From: Phoronis australis
Lineage: Eukaryota; Animalia; Phoronida
NCBI GenBank assembly: GCA_002633005.1
Contig: NMRA01000051.1
Span: 561,273 to 625,272 of the forward strand
DNA length: 64,000 bases
Reading direction: 5' to 3'
Shown: piece by piece, positions 36,501 to 49,215 of the stretch
How the letters are laid out: every line of letters begins with the position of its first letter
Position numbering within the stretch: position 1 is the first letter of the stretch
Notes under the pieces: model-generated
The model's database searches: none
What the model saw: the letters and a program-made list of their open reading frames with translations, nothing else
What the model was told of the DNA's origin: nothing
Program-made: the position numbers and the translations under genes

Positions 36501-39500
36501 AAGCTTTAATCCACCTATCGTAAGAGGAGTTGTGATGGCTAGTGAGGGAGTTACTCTCTCCCATAGAGCGGAACCCTGCAAAAATGGGGGGTTGCGGTGT
36601 TGGTGGGAATGCGACTTAAGTTATCACATACGAGGAAGAACAAAGAGGCCCAATATAAGTGTGAAAATTACCGAAGTACACAAGGCATGCAGGAGTAGAC
36701 AATCCCGAGGCTCGTAAACTGTTATCTTGATACCAATCATTTGATATCTGAACAGTTATCTTGATACCTAACATTTGATATCTGAACTACAGAAACAGAG
36801 TGCATTTCGTTAATAGGCTTTTTCACTTCAGACAAAATCCAATTAACTGCAGGCAAAATCACAACCAATCACAAGAGAGAAAGAATACTGATAGAGACAG
36901 CACATCATGACAGTCAGCCACAGTCAGTATTAGGTCTAGAAGCAAGATGCTATGGTTTATTACAGTCGAACCTTGTTACAACGTACCCCGTTTAAAACGC
37001 ATATCGATTTATGTACAAATTTTCAAGTCTCAACTTTATCAAATGTATTTTGGTGCAAGTCACAATCGATTACATACACGTGTATACAACTTTACAACAA
37101 TTAAACCGATTATAATGTTCAAAATTTCCCGTCATTTCAGCCAATCAACTATGTTTATGTCAAACAGCCGACTTTGAAACCCTCAGGGTGAAGAACTTGT
37201 ACACGAACTTACGCCACAACTAAATATATATCACATCGCTTTTTGAATTATGTTAACTTTGTATGTAATATGGCGTACACGAAGGCCTATGCTTGAAAAG
37301 TTTATGACCGAGGTCATTCAAGACTCAAATGACCTATAAAAAGACTACCCTGGGTACGATGGCCTTTCACAATAACGTACAAGTTCTGAAGGTTCCTTGA
37401 TGTACTTTGTAACAAGGTTTGACTGTACAGGGATAATTACTCCAAAAGTGGACAGTGTCCCCATTTATTCATTGTCATACAGATTTCTAAGATGGGCAAA
37501 GGAACCAACTACAGGGGCAAAGGAAGCAACGACAGGGGCAAAGGAAGCAACTACAGGGACAAAGGAAGCAACTACAGGGGCAAAGGAAGCAACCACAGGG
37601 GCAAATGAAGCAACTACAGGGGCAAAGGAAGCAACTCCAGGGGCAAAGGAAACAACGACAGGGGCAAAGGAAGCAACTACAGGGGCAAAGGAACCAACGA
37701 CAGGGGCGGATGGTGGGGACATGCGGAGAAGCCATTTGCCACACAGTAAAGTTGTGGGTTAAAGAAAAACACAGTTTGGTTGTTATAGCCAGGGCTGTGA
37801 ATTTAAAATCCACAAAGTGCCGCTTTGCTTTAATCTGGGTAGAATATCTTTCTCTCTCGCAAGCCACAGACGTGTTCTCATTGACACCATCCTCTTCTTA
37901 TTGACCCAATTCTTTCCGTACAAATTGTCATGATTTTATCTTACCAACCATTATTCAGTGCCCAGGTCTAATCTTTTTATTTGAAACCAAACTAATGGAT
38001 CTATTTTTGGCATTTTCTATTTGTTTTTGTGAGAATTCAAGATTCTATACTCCATAAAATAATGACTTACGTGCCTCGTCTACACACTGCATACAAAGCA
38101 AGCAGTAGGCTAAAATTTCTTAATCTTTATTTTTGTGGAGAAATCTGACGATTAGAATTTCACTTGTCAACCACGTTGCATGTTGACTAAGTGAAAAATT
38201 CCGTATTATCTGACTATGGTGTTAGCTTCTCATCATTTCCGCACACCGCTGGATACCATATTGTTAGTGAGCAATCCGCCCCCGTGTTTTGATGGCAAGT
38301 GCAGAAATCAAGACAGTTGACCAAGGAACACAGACTATCTAACACCTCACAATGTCTCACCCAACAAACCCCATACAAAGCCCACAAATCTACCGCAGTG
38401 GCAAGTGACTGGCTCCTATACGGGGACTGAAAAATACAGATCACATGGCAGGACAAAGTGGAATTAAAAACTGTCACACAAGCTCCAGGGAAAAGCCCAA
38501 GGATATTAGAAAAGTTTAATATGTTCTTGTTTGATTTAAGATATTTTCTGGCATGTGCACTATTGTTCTGAGTAATTTGCTACCTCCTTTTATTTCAACA
38601 CTATACCTATACATCATGAATAATTACATGTTATTTTACCAACTAAATGTTAATTTAAAGAACATGATGAACAACAAAATGTAGTCGATCACAAAACTTG
38701 GTGAAAACAAGATTTAATAACAACGGTACCATTCATAGCTTTTGGACAGAATTTGTATTCACCATATATTTGTACAAATTTGAAAGAATATCAAACACCG
38801 AAGTCAATTTGCCAGAAAATCAAATTTAGAAAATGAAACCTTAATTTGAGACAAACAGTTCTGACAGACAACCTACAAAGCTTACCTGAGCAGACTGTTT
38901 GTCAATATCTTCAGACAACTGACTCTCTGTGTATCCCACAGGTATCCCTTCAGCACCATCTTTTGGTAAAGCCCACTGCTGCAAGTTAGAACAAATCAAA
39001 CATTATCTAAGTTTTTGTTTAAAACTTCAGAAACTCAAGCTTAAACTTTGGATAACTTAGTTTACTGCATGATCTCAAAACTATTTACTCTAGCAACCGG
39101 CCGTCATGAGCCACATAACGACAGTTAAATTGTAATTCAGTGCAGAGTCAGCATAAGTTCTGAATCCGTTTGGGTTAACGCCCAATGAGTTTAGATTAAC
39201 TGAAACTAGTGGATACCAAGGTTATGTAGGACCCTAGAAAAATGTAAAATTTTGTAAAACGTCAGAACATTATAACTCAAAAATGGCGGTCAGATCAGTT
39301 TCGCGTGAAACTTTCACTTTATACAGTGTTCTCCAAAAAGTTATTAGGAATGTTTTTAAAATGTTCCATTTTTGCATGAGGGGCTATCAAAAATAGGACT
39401 TGAAACGATTTTTATTAAAAAAAATCAAAATTGCATAAAAAGAAAACAAAATGATAACTAGGAAAACTCTTAACAGTGATTTTGAGATTTTACCTTGAAC

Positions 39501-42500
39501 ATTTATGTCATAGTAAACTGGTTCATAGTAAACTGGGTCATGTTATTAATTCTGTTGTTTTGCTATAAATGTGCCTTTCCTTTTGTTAAATGTTCATGAA
39601 AAGCAAGACCATGTGACCTTATTAGTGGCAGATTGGTATAAAGTCAAAATCCAAATTCTACAAAATTTCTACTTCCAGAAAATACATACTTCTGCTGAAA
39701 TGAATTCTGTAGTTTTGTACATATTTGGCTAAATCAACAGACATGTCAATAAGAGCCTACATAACCTTACGTTAAGCATAACAGAGTGTGCATGTTCAAA
39801 AAGCAAAATGTTGAATATTCAGAGACGGGCGTCAATTCAAACAGGGGCCTTAACTCAAACAGATACATTATAATAATGTATCTGTTTGAGTTAAGGCCCT
39901 TAACTCAAACAGATACATTATAATAATGTTCATTAAGTTCAGAAAAAGCAGCTAATTAAAAGTATTAAATGCAGCTTTCACACGACGTCTAACGAGAATG
40001 AAGATATATCATACGTCTCATCTGACACCTGAAAAAAGTTCAAGTCACGTGAATGCTTTCTTATCGTCCAACCTCAAATCAGATGGTAGCGCCACCTTCT
40101 AACTGTTAGAAGTGATTTGTGGTTAGGCTTTTTCACGTATTTGGTCAGAATATTACCATCTCGCCCATCATAAATGTTACAGCGGACAACACACCTTCGT
40201 AAACACTCGGTTTAAGCACCTGATCTGCCTTATGATTTGACGTCTTACCCAACTTTGTATAAAAACGACGCATCTGAATGTGGTATGAAATATCAAAAAT
40301 TCAAAAAGAACATACTAGACACTGAATGGAAACATAATCAAATAAAACACAAATCACCCTTACCTGAACACCAAAGAAGTGTTCATAGAACAGTGGATAG
40401 GCCACCAAACACACATAGATTGTGCCAGACCACATAAAGAACATGAACATGAAAAAATAGCGATGATTGAAGTGTCCCACACAATTGTTCAGCCAAGCTG
40501 TAGCATGTGTTAAGGTGGAGATAATGAAGACACAAAGCACGAGGGTCATATGTCGAATTTTCTTGCCAACTTTGTACTGCTGTACAAAAACAGCACGACG
40601 AGAATTATAACCTTTTCCACCTCACATTTAGCAAAAATTAAAACACATTCAGAAATTCCTGCATCTGAAAGGCTACGATTTCCTCAATACAGTAAATTCT
40701 CACCAATTTCGAGCAAAATCATTGCCAAAATTGACCGCATTTCATTTTTCAAGCACTTTTAATATTTTTCAATTGCCAAAACCACTTAAATTTGCATAAT
40801 ATCAAAGTGACAGCGGTACAGGGCACGCAAATGCTAAAGCATTAAGTGCTTCTACCTATCAAAATTTAAAAAAAGTGAGAACAAAAATTCACTTGCATTC
40901 CACATAGAGTCCTAAATTGCCAAGATTTTACCTTATCTGGCACTGGACTCAGCAAATGTTTCAATAGCTTAAAGGAAGATGTCTGTCCCAATTAACACCC
41001 CTATTGTCTAATTCACATGAATCCAATTAGTTCCCTTTACCACTATCACACTCACATGAAATTTTCCACTAAGCATGCTTTGTGATTTTCTGTAATTGTG
41101 AGGTTTAGCACTGGTTATAGGGACAAATGGCACTGAATGTTATACGTCGATCATCTTGGTTACAAACACTACGTTAATGTGACTACAACAAAGTTAATTT
41201 CAGGATTGATTTAGAAAATGGCCGTATAATCACTGTTTGTGCAATCAGGTTATGTTTCTTGAAACCAAATGTATCCATCAAAGCAGGTTCATCGACGAAT
41301 AAGTCAACTATCTTCAGGAGCTCTACAAATGCCATTTTAAACGCTGACAACAACACAAGAAACAGAATCATCACACTGCATAAACTGACAAGCTTCATAC
41401 AGATATGGTACCAAGACATAGGTGGATGTGGGGGGGAGCTGGGCCCTTGGCTGCCGCAAGCAAAATGAAACAGCAACAGCGTGAAGCATGAGGAAATATT
41501 GAGTTCCACTACTAGGACCGGTAGTGGACGAGGGAGGGCTCAAACTCCAGATCGCGGCGGAACTGCGTTCCCGGCCCCACCTGTGCACATACACTTGCGC
41601 TTTGCCTAACTCCCCGAGGCAACATGTTGGGCCCCCCCTTATGGTATCCTAGATCCGCCACTGCAAGATTGCCAATGAGGTCACACTTTTTGCCCTAATT
41701 GCAAACACTGTTTGACTTGGGGAAACGCTATTTAAAACAAGGTGTTTAGTGACATTAAAGGATACGACAATGATGATCCATCTTCAGAACACACTTCTTA
41801 CACACACTACAATGGTGTGTACGCGGTGGTTTTGGAGATATACATCTCTTGCAGATGGACACTGCCTCCGGGACTGTCTGAAACCAATCGAAGTTTCTCA
41901 ATTTAGGCCTCTCTTAAATTGGGGATATCGAAACTCATTGGACAAACTAAAGGTGAAATTCTCATTTTTGTGATAACATAGTTTGTTGCATAAAAGAAAA
42001 ATCAAAAATCCTGTATGTCTCATGTAAGAAAGCACCTTTAAACTTCTAAATGGAAATAACGTGAAACATTAATGCAAACAACTAAATATTTTGACCACCC
42101 ATTAAACTTGCAGTCATCTCTTTCAAAAAATGTCCAGTAATTTTATAGATTACATCTGGTTAGCACTAAAAACACCTCAAAATAAGATTTTTAATCACAG
42201 AAATAATGTAAATGACCATATTGCGCTAAAACATGTATCCTGCTCACACAGCATATCCAATACTTTTACATACGACTTGTGTACCTCTGGTGGATGACCT
42301 GGATCAGTGATGACGCCCATGATGTAATTAAACACGATATTCATCAGCAGCCAATGACCAAATACCATGTGAAAGACTGTCCAAAGTAGACTCTGATGAT
42401 AGACGTATGGCATGAGACAGACGTAGAATATGGTCACGACCGAGGTAGTTAGGACGCTGACTAGGATTACCATGAACTGAAAGAAATCAAGGTAAAATAG

Positions 42501-43077
42501 AAGTAACTTTAGAAAGGTCAGCGCATTTCCACGGCATCATAAACTTTAGAAATGTCAAAGCATTTCCTCAATCACAAAAAGTACCAATGAATTCTGAAGT
42601 ATCAGAAACTGAAAAATTGTTGCAAAATGACGTCAAAAGCATTATAGAAAGGTCAATGAATTCCCTCAATGAGAACACACAAGATAAGAATTGTCACGAA
42701 ATGCAATAATTTTGAAAGTGATTCATGAGTACATGTGGGTATGTTTTCTGATTTCTTGCGATAATTCTTATTATAAATATAATTTCATGAAAGCACAGGT
42801 CACTATTAAACAAAATTATTTCATTATAATTTCATATCAGTGGGAATGAATCTACTAAATACCTAAACATTAAAACACTTACTGGTCCAAGAAACTTTGC
42901 AAATTTTTCAACGAATGACATCAGTGGTTCAATAGCGGTATCTATAGCAACGCCAGTGTCTGCCAATTCGTTGTAGCACAGGGTTGCTACCATAATGCGC
43001 AGTTCAAATATGAGTGCCCTAAACACATCCATAAGCAGTTGGAATGGCCTGTAGCAGTTCAACCTGATGACCACCAT
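30597..43077 (-). CDS. ZDHHC16: Palmitoyltransferase ZDHHC16 (373 aa)
   Basis: Exons 42883-43077, 42285-42476, 41766-41877 ([31 protein letters not shown]), 40364-40497 ([15 protein letters not shown]), 38886-38978, 33747-33968 ([21 protein letters not shown]), 32849-32919 ([15 protein letters not shown]), 30597-30699 ([15 protein letters not shown]). Total 1122 nt in frame. Confidence 0.94.
30947..31550. mobile_element. Foldback element with ~90-bp inverted arms and an extra partial arm
   Basis: Arm at ~30950-31045 (atcacatcctttgtc..aacagaaacagaaa..aaaatcaa..atatgacaaa) is inverted at ~31220-31305 and again at ~31480-31550. Confidence 0.6.
31590..32580 (+). mobile_element. HINE/DINE-1-like family A copy with internal tandem modules
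   Basis: Repeated ~140-150-bp modules with ccactagRRggc, a GACAGACGGACAGA microsatellite at 32521 and a terminal stem-loop ccacat-tatgaat-atgtgg. Confidence 0.7.
36719..36787. repeat. 34-bp tandem duplication
   Basis: gttatcttgatacc.a.catttgatatctgaac occurs twice. Confidence 0.8.
36963..37425. mobile_element. Tc1/mariner-superfamily (pogo/Tigger-like) MITE
   Basis: TA|cagtcgaaccttgttacaa ... ttgtaacaaggtttgactg|TA: 19-bp terminal inverted repeats (one mismatch) and a TA target-site duplication. Confidence 0.8.
37494..37707. repeat. 21-bp minisatellite, about 10 copies
   Basis: Unit ggggcaaaggaagcaactaca. It accounts for the spurious repetitive ORFs (TTGAKEA / VASFAPV). Confidence 0.93.
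39845..39929. repeat. Perfect 55-bp palindrome followed by a third, direct arm
   Basis: gggccttaactcaaacagatacattat-a-ataatgtatctgtttgagttaaggccc, then ccttaactcaaacagatacattataataatgt. Confidence 0.92.
40498..41765 (-). other. U12-type (minor spliceosome) GT-AG intron of ZDHHC16
   Basis: 5' splice site GTATCCTTT; branch site CCTTAAC (40509-40515) about 10 nt upstream of the AG; no polypyrimidine tract. It splits the Pro codon of DHHC-P-W. Confidence 0.9.
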
Positions 43078-45200
43078 CTTGAATGAGGAGCCAATTAAGC
43101 TCTGAAAATGGCACCAGACCAGGTTTTTAAATCAGTTATTAAGCAAATCATAATTTGAAAAAGAAATCTGAGTAAGGAGCAAGATGAGATGGATTTCATA
43201 ACCGTTACGTTACGTGACCTAAACAGGGACTAGCTAGGATTTGAAAAGTGGGGGTCCAAATTTGCAGGATTCACACTTGCCATATGCCAGAATTAGGTAC
43301 GAGGTCAACCTAAGGTCACAGTGTCTCTCTTGGCCGTGCACTCCAATTTGTCACTTTTTAAAACTGGCAGTCCCAGTGATGACCATGATTGCCACTAGAA
43401 AAGAACCTGGGTCTAAAACAAAAATTGTTTCTGACAGAAGATGCACACTTATTGCCCTTTTGAAAAATGTGGGATTTCTCAACCTGACGCGGCGCCACAT
43501 TTGAATAAGTGTTTTGGTTTATACTTTAGAATGGAACCTTTCGTTTTCATACTCTGATACAGAGAGTTACTGTTCCTAATTAAGAAATATTGCAACACCA
43601 TGGCATGCCTGGAGTCCATTCATTGTTGCAGTGAGAACATTCAGTGCCACTTACTAGTACTCGATTTATTTTATTTTTAAGTTTTGATTTTTAGCTTGAC
43701 CTAATTAAATTGAGGTGAAGGACTTTAAAAATGCAGTAAAGGAGACTTAAAATTGGCTTACCTCCTGATGATTGCCACTACAAGGAATACAAAAGCTACA
43801 GCTGTCCTCTCATCATAGAAGTTCATCACATCACGCAAGGAAAGGTAGATACGCCTATCCCAGACGTGAACAGTTTCCTGCCTGTACAAAAAGCTTGGTA
43901 AATTTCATCAGTAAAACGAAAAAATTAACTGAGATGACAAAACCTAGTCATATACTTATGACAGTCATAAAACAGTCCCACACGATCTGTAGGTGATAGT
44001 CAGATGTAACAATCTCAGATCAGGAATTATTTCCAATACATAATGTTTCTTAACCTTTCACTCGATTTGGACAGTCTTAGTCTCAATGGGACACTGAGGA
44101 ATCAATCCCATTGATATCAACTGACGGTTTTGCCTCGCATAGTCGAATGACGGCAGTGACGTGAGGGATGACCAAGCATATAGCAAAATAAGAGAAAAGA
44201 TGAGGAGAATCAGGTCAGCCTATGGAGGGGGAAATAAAGCAAGCTTGTCTTGATGGTTAACTCCAAGTAGAATCCTAGTGTTGTTACTTAAGACAGGTTT
44301 TTAATGTCCAACTTTCACGTTTTATATACCGTCAGAGGTCCTAAAGTCACGAGTGCCCTAAAGTCGTGAACGATCTTATTTCCTCTTCTGCGCGGTCCCG
44401 CAACATCTGGCGTTGAAGTTTCCAGCGTTCGTCTGCTTGCGAATGTCAAACGAACACCCGGACGTATTGCTATTCACAATATGATAACAGTGAGTGAGTG
44501 GCTTCTTTTTTCAAATGCATATTAAAAACAGCATATTTCACTAATCCACTTTTTTGTGCATTTTTGGGATATATTTTCGAAAATATTCATCGTTCAGATT
44601 TACTCAAACACGAGCTCCAGAGGTAGCTTGAACAATGTATCAAAACGTCCCAGGGTTGATAAAGTTTTGTAAGGCCAAAGCAATAAAATACAGAGAGATA
44701 ATTGATGCTGGGTCCTTAGCGTTTTACGTGAACATCCTCATTGAAAACGTCTGTGCACATCAAAGTTGGGTGCAAAACATAACAATTTATTTCAATTGCA
44801 ACTGAATTAATAAACAATGCAATGCATTTTTATGTCTTCTAGAGTAACTGTACGCACTGTAGTTGACTTGTGTGGTCTTACTTCGAGTATTTCCGTCTCA
44901 CCGAAACGGTCACGACTTTAGGGCCTCATTCAAAATGGACGGCAATATCAGCCACCATTTCAAAACTCTGCTTACGAAGACAAACAAGGATTAAGATTGT
45001 CAAAACACGTATATATGTGAAGGCTGATACATGTCCATGACATCACATGAGCAGTTGCTAATGGATATTGAGTAGTATGAAAATCAGCACTTATTATGCT
45101 TATATTCACAACTTTGGGTCACCAATGTCTAGTTTACAGAGTTTGTGCCAGAGGTGGATACAAGGAACAGATACGTTTAATCGAAAAGCAACATAGGCCT

Positions 45201-45262
45201 AACTCCACCAGCCAATACCCAGCTCTTAAACAGTTAAGAGTTGAGTATTGGCTGGTGGAGTT
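45201..45262. repeat. 62-bp near-perfect hairpin
   Basis: 29-bp arms aactccaccagccaatacccagctcttaa and ttaagagttgagtattggctggtggagtt (27/29 complementary), with a 4-nt loop. Confidence 0.85.
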
Positions 45263-45728
45263 TACTATTAAAGGTGCCTGTGGTTTACTATATTGACTAC
45301 AACTCAACTAGGCAATGACCATCGCCTCTGTTGGCCCGAACCAGAGGCGATGTAGAGGCTATAGGCGCTCTGTACGCCGAAAGCTTTTCGGCGAATTATG
45401 CCTCGCACCGACTAAACCATCAAAGCCACGTTGTTATAACTACCTTTTGCGCATAGACGAACACCTTAGGAGGTTGTCGATGTGTTTAAGTTCTTCCAAC
45501 TCGAACAAATACTCTCGTTATGAAACTTTTTCTTCGAGCAGTCCCTATTTCAGTTCCCAAAATCGTGAAATCAAAATTTTCATTTTTTTAACCAGGCCGA
45601 AGGTCAGAAGTTGCGATCCTACCGGCGAACTTTGAAAGCTGAAGTTCCCGCCCTTTGCGTACGTGCTGCCGGGAACCAGCCGTGCATTTGCCGTGTTGTT
45701 AAACATTAAAATGTCAAATATGTGCACA

Positions 45729-46223
45729 NNNNNNNNNNNNNNNNNNNNNNNNNNNNNNNNNNNNNNNNNNNNNNNNNNNNNNNNNNNNNNNNNNNNNNNN
45801 NNNNNNNNNNNNNNNNNNNNNNNNNNNNNNNNNNNNNNNNNNNNNNNNNNNNNNNNNNNNNNNNNNNNNNNNNNNNNNNNNNNNNNNNNNNNNNNNNNNN
45901 NNNNNNNNNNNNNNNNNNNNNNNNNNNNNNNNNNNNNNNNNNNNNNNNNNNNNNNNNNNNNNNNNNNNNNNNNNNNNNNNNNNNNNNNNNNNNNNNNNNN
46001 NNNNNNNNNNNNNNNNNNNNNNNNNNNNNNNNNNNNNNNNNNNNNNNNNNNNNNNNNNNNNNNNNNNNNNNNNNNNNNNNNNNNNNNNNNNNNNNNNNNN
46101 NNNNNNNNNNNNNNNNNNNNNNNNNNNNNNNNNNNNNNNNNNNNNNNNNNNNNNNNNNNNNNNNNNNNNNNNNNNNNNNNNNNNNNNNNNNNNNNNNNNN
46201 NNNNNNNNNNNNNNNNNNNNNNN
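45729..46223. other. Assembly gap (495 N)
   Basis: Run of n. Confidence 0.99.
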
Positions 46224-48699
46224 GAATCAGGTCCTTGAATTTCTGATTTTGGCATTCTTTTGGCATTTTTGTCGCCAAATCACCACTCGAAGGCATTTTG
46301 AAGAGATCAAATGAAAGAAGGTATTCTAAGAGTTGTCCGATGCTAGTTTCGTGGAGTTCCATGCACATTTGAGTAGAAAATTCTGAGCAAACAGATTTCG
46401 AGTGTCCAACCTTTATATTTTCTTATATATATATTGTGACGTTATTTGCGATAAACCCAAGCGCCTGTGCTAAAGTCAAAATAAAAACCGGCACGCCGAG
46501 CGGCTGACAGTCAGAACATGTGCAAGCTATGCAAATAGAATTCATCCATACACAGTCTACGAGACCTTATTGCGTGCATTTTGAGGTTTTATACCTGTTT
46601 ACAGAATACAACAGGTATAATTAACAAAATAACATTAACAATACCTACGCAGTAGATCAATGAAGACTACACACCATTTTATTTAGTTCTGAAGAACAAG
46701 AGCGCAACGAGAATACTGCTGCTCTCTAGTGGCCAATGTTATACCTATTTTGTTCAGGCAGTCACCGACCCGACCCTCGGCTCTGTCGGATTATAGCGTA
46801 CATGCAGGTCCGTGGGAAGGTAAACTTTACAAGGTACATAGGAATTCAACTTTTCTATACTTCAGACCCCCAGGTAGTCCAGAATTTCAGTTTTCTCCCT
46901 ATCGGCACCTCCGACCGCCTCCGTCAAGCAGGCCGGCGCCGGCCAGATCATTACCGAGGCATTTCTTGCCTCACACAGCCTTAGTTAGTGAATTCCACTC
47001 TTTCGATGCTATTGTTTTCATATTGAGTCCGACCGTCACATCCCTGGCTGCAGTGCCAGGGAGCCCGGCGCCTTGTTTGGGTCGCATGTCTTTGACAGCT
47101 TTAAGCTTAATCAGGTTTTGTAATTTCTTCTCCGAGTCGCCCGAATTTAAGATTTTGTCTCAATCCTCTCTAGCGAATAGGCCCTAATAGGGGCGGATTT
47201 CTAGGTGCCGAGAGGCACGCCGCTCGCGGAGAGTTGTCTCGTGTGGCCGGGGGCCATCGTCCGTATAGTAAAAGAGGACCCGTCGGAAACGGGGCCGAAA
47301 AACCTAGAGCTGACGGCCCCGTTTAATTCGGAACACTGAGCTTTCTCACTTCAAATACCCGAATGGAGTGTCTCGGGACCGAAAAAATATAGAATCTGAA
47401 CTGAAAAGGTGATCTAATGCTAGAGTTGAATTACGAAATGGCGCCGTTTGTCCCGACTCGATGAAATTTTAAACGTGAAATGGGGGTTGCTGGACATTCA
47501 CCTTTAAAGGAGTGGGTCGTATAAGAAATGCAGCCTAGGCCCTACTCAAATGGTTGCCCACTGGCTAGTTGACAGAAAACTTAGTACCTAGCTAAAACGC
47601 ATAACGAGCATTAAGCGCGGGTATATGTATACTGAGCTTGAAAATAGGATCCCAGCTTTTTGTTTATTCGTACGTACCGTTCTAAACTAGTACCGGTCCT
47701 TGCACGACGACAGTAGGATCCTTGGATTCTGCAAAACATATGAGAAAAGGTCACCTGTTTTTTTGTTAAAAAAAAACGAGTTACGATCGTCAGGCGTACT
47801 GATTGCTTCATAAGCAATACAAGGATGGGGACACTGAAAACTGTTGGCCGGCGACAAAACCAACGTCCACGAGTTTTAGGCAAACCCTCTTCAAGATGAA
47901 TTAAACCTTCACACCCCACTAAGCAGGAACATTGATTGAATGCGAACACATCTAGGTCGATATATGCTTGTGTTCAAAGGAACACATTGAAGACGTCATA
48001 TTCATCAAAAAATGAAGACAAAATACGCGTCACAAAGTGTTTCTGGACTTTTCGTATTGTAGCACGACGATTCCTCATCGTTTGATTACTGACACATGAT
48101 CGAGGCACACTATGGTCAATATGTATCTCCAACGGATATTACTTCAAAATCGGACTGGTTGGGTGGCACTGGTGATGTCTTTGTTATATGATGGCCGAGT
48201 GGCCCAAATCCTGAATAGTCGATGGACAAGCCAAACGTAGGAAATTCCATCTTACGTAAGATAAAAATGTTTAAAAATTAAAATTATAAAACTATAAAAG
48301 TTATAGAATTAGTACATTATCTCTAGAAACAAGAAATTTACTTTATGAGTCAGTTCGGTGCATTCCCACATGGAAACTCGAGATCGATTTTGATTCGCCC
48401 AAGCAAATAACAAAAGTCAATTGTCATACATTTACAGAGGAAAATAATTCAATCACCGTCATAGCTGCTCCTCTCATCCACTAGAAACACCATCTGCATA
48501 AATTTTATCATTGGCCTCACTAGGATACCAGTGCTTGCTTTGAAAGTGTACTAACAAAATTAAACAGAATGGGAAACTTTTCCGTAGAATACGTTTTGTT
48601 GAACAAAGTTCTTTGGAATAAGTTACAGTCCGTAAAGTTAACACTGTCTGGGAATAAATCGGAAAGGCATCTCTTAGCCTGGGTAGCAGGCGTGCCTTT

Positions 48700-49205
48700 C
48701 ATTTAAACTTTATGGTATACAAAGCCACACATAGCCTCACACTTAATTACCTCACTACTAAATTCAAGGCAGTCAGAAATATTTACAGTTACAATACTAG
48801 AGCGAGTGTTTCTGGCTGCCTGGTACCAATTAAACCTAAAAACAACTGTGGCAAAAGAACTTTTGCCTACAGAGGTGCTGTCGCTTACAACGTGCTGGGT
48901 ATTGCCGTTGCTAACGCGCCCAATGTCCACGTCTTCAAACAGAAGTAGGCTGGGACTTTGTGCGTGGTTCGTTACTGTAGGCCTCAGCTAATCACTATTT
49001 TACTCAATTTTATGTTATTTATTTATCATATTACATATTAACTAATTTTATACTAATTTATTTTATTTATTATCTTTTCAATCTAATTGTGTACAGCTGT
49101 CTGTATTTTACTTCATGTAATTATTTCTGACTGGGCCCACTTGAAAATCAGTGTATTCACTGAAGTGGTCACCCAGTCTTTTAAAGAAGTTTAAATAAAT
49201 AAATT
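48700..49205 (+). mobile_element. 5'-truncated non-LTR retrotransposon 3' end (CR1/L2/Crack-like)
   Basis: ORF2 C-terminal-like peptide MVYKATHSLTLNYL..YSYNTR..GKRTFAYRGAVAYN, then an AT-rich 3'UTR, a terminal stem ctggg..cactt..cagtg..cactgaagtg..cccag and an (AAAT)n tail. Confidence 0.75.
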
Positions 49206-49215
49206 AATTAATTAA

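Noticed and set aside
37397-37904. Mucin-like TTGAKEA repeat ORFs
   Set aside because: A by-product of a stop-free 21-bp minisatellite. The ZDHHC16 model is complete without it.
45545-46368. Long ORFs in the ORF track
   Set aside because: Artefacts of the N gap.
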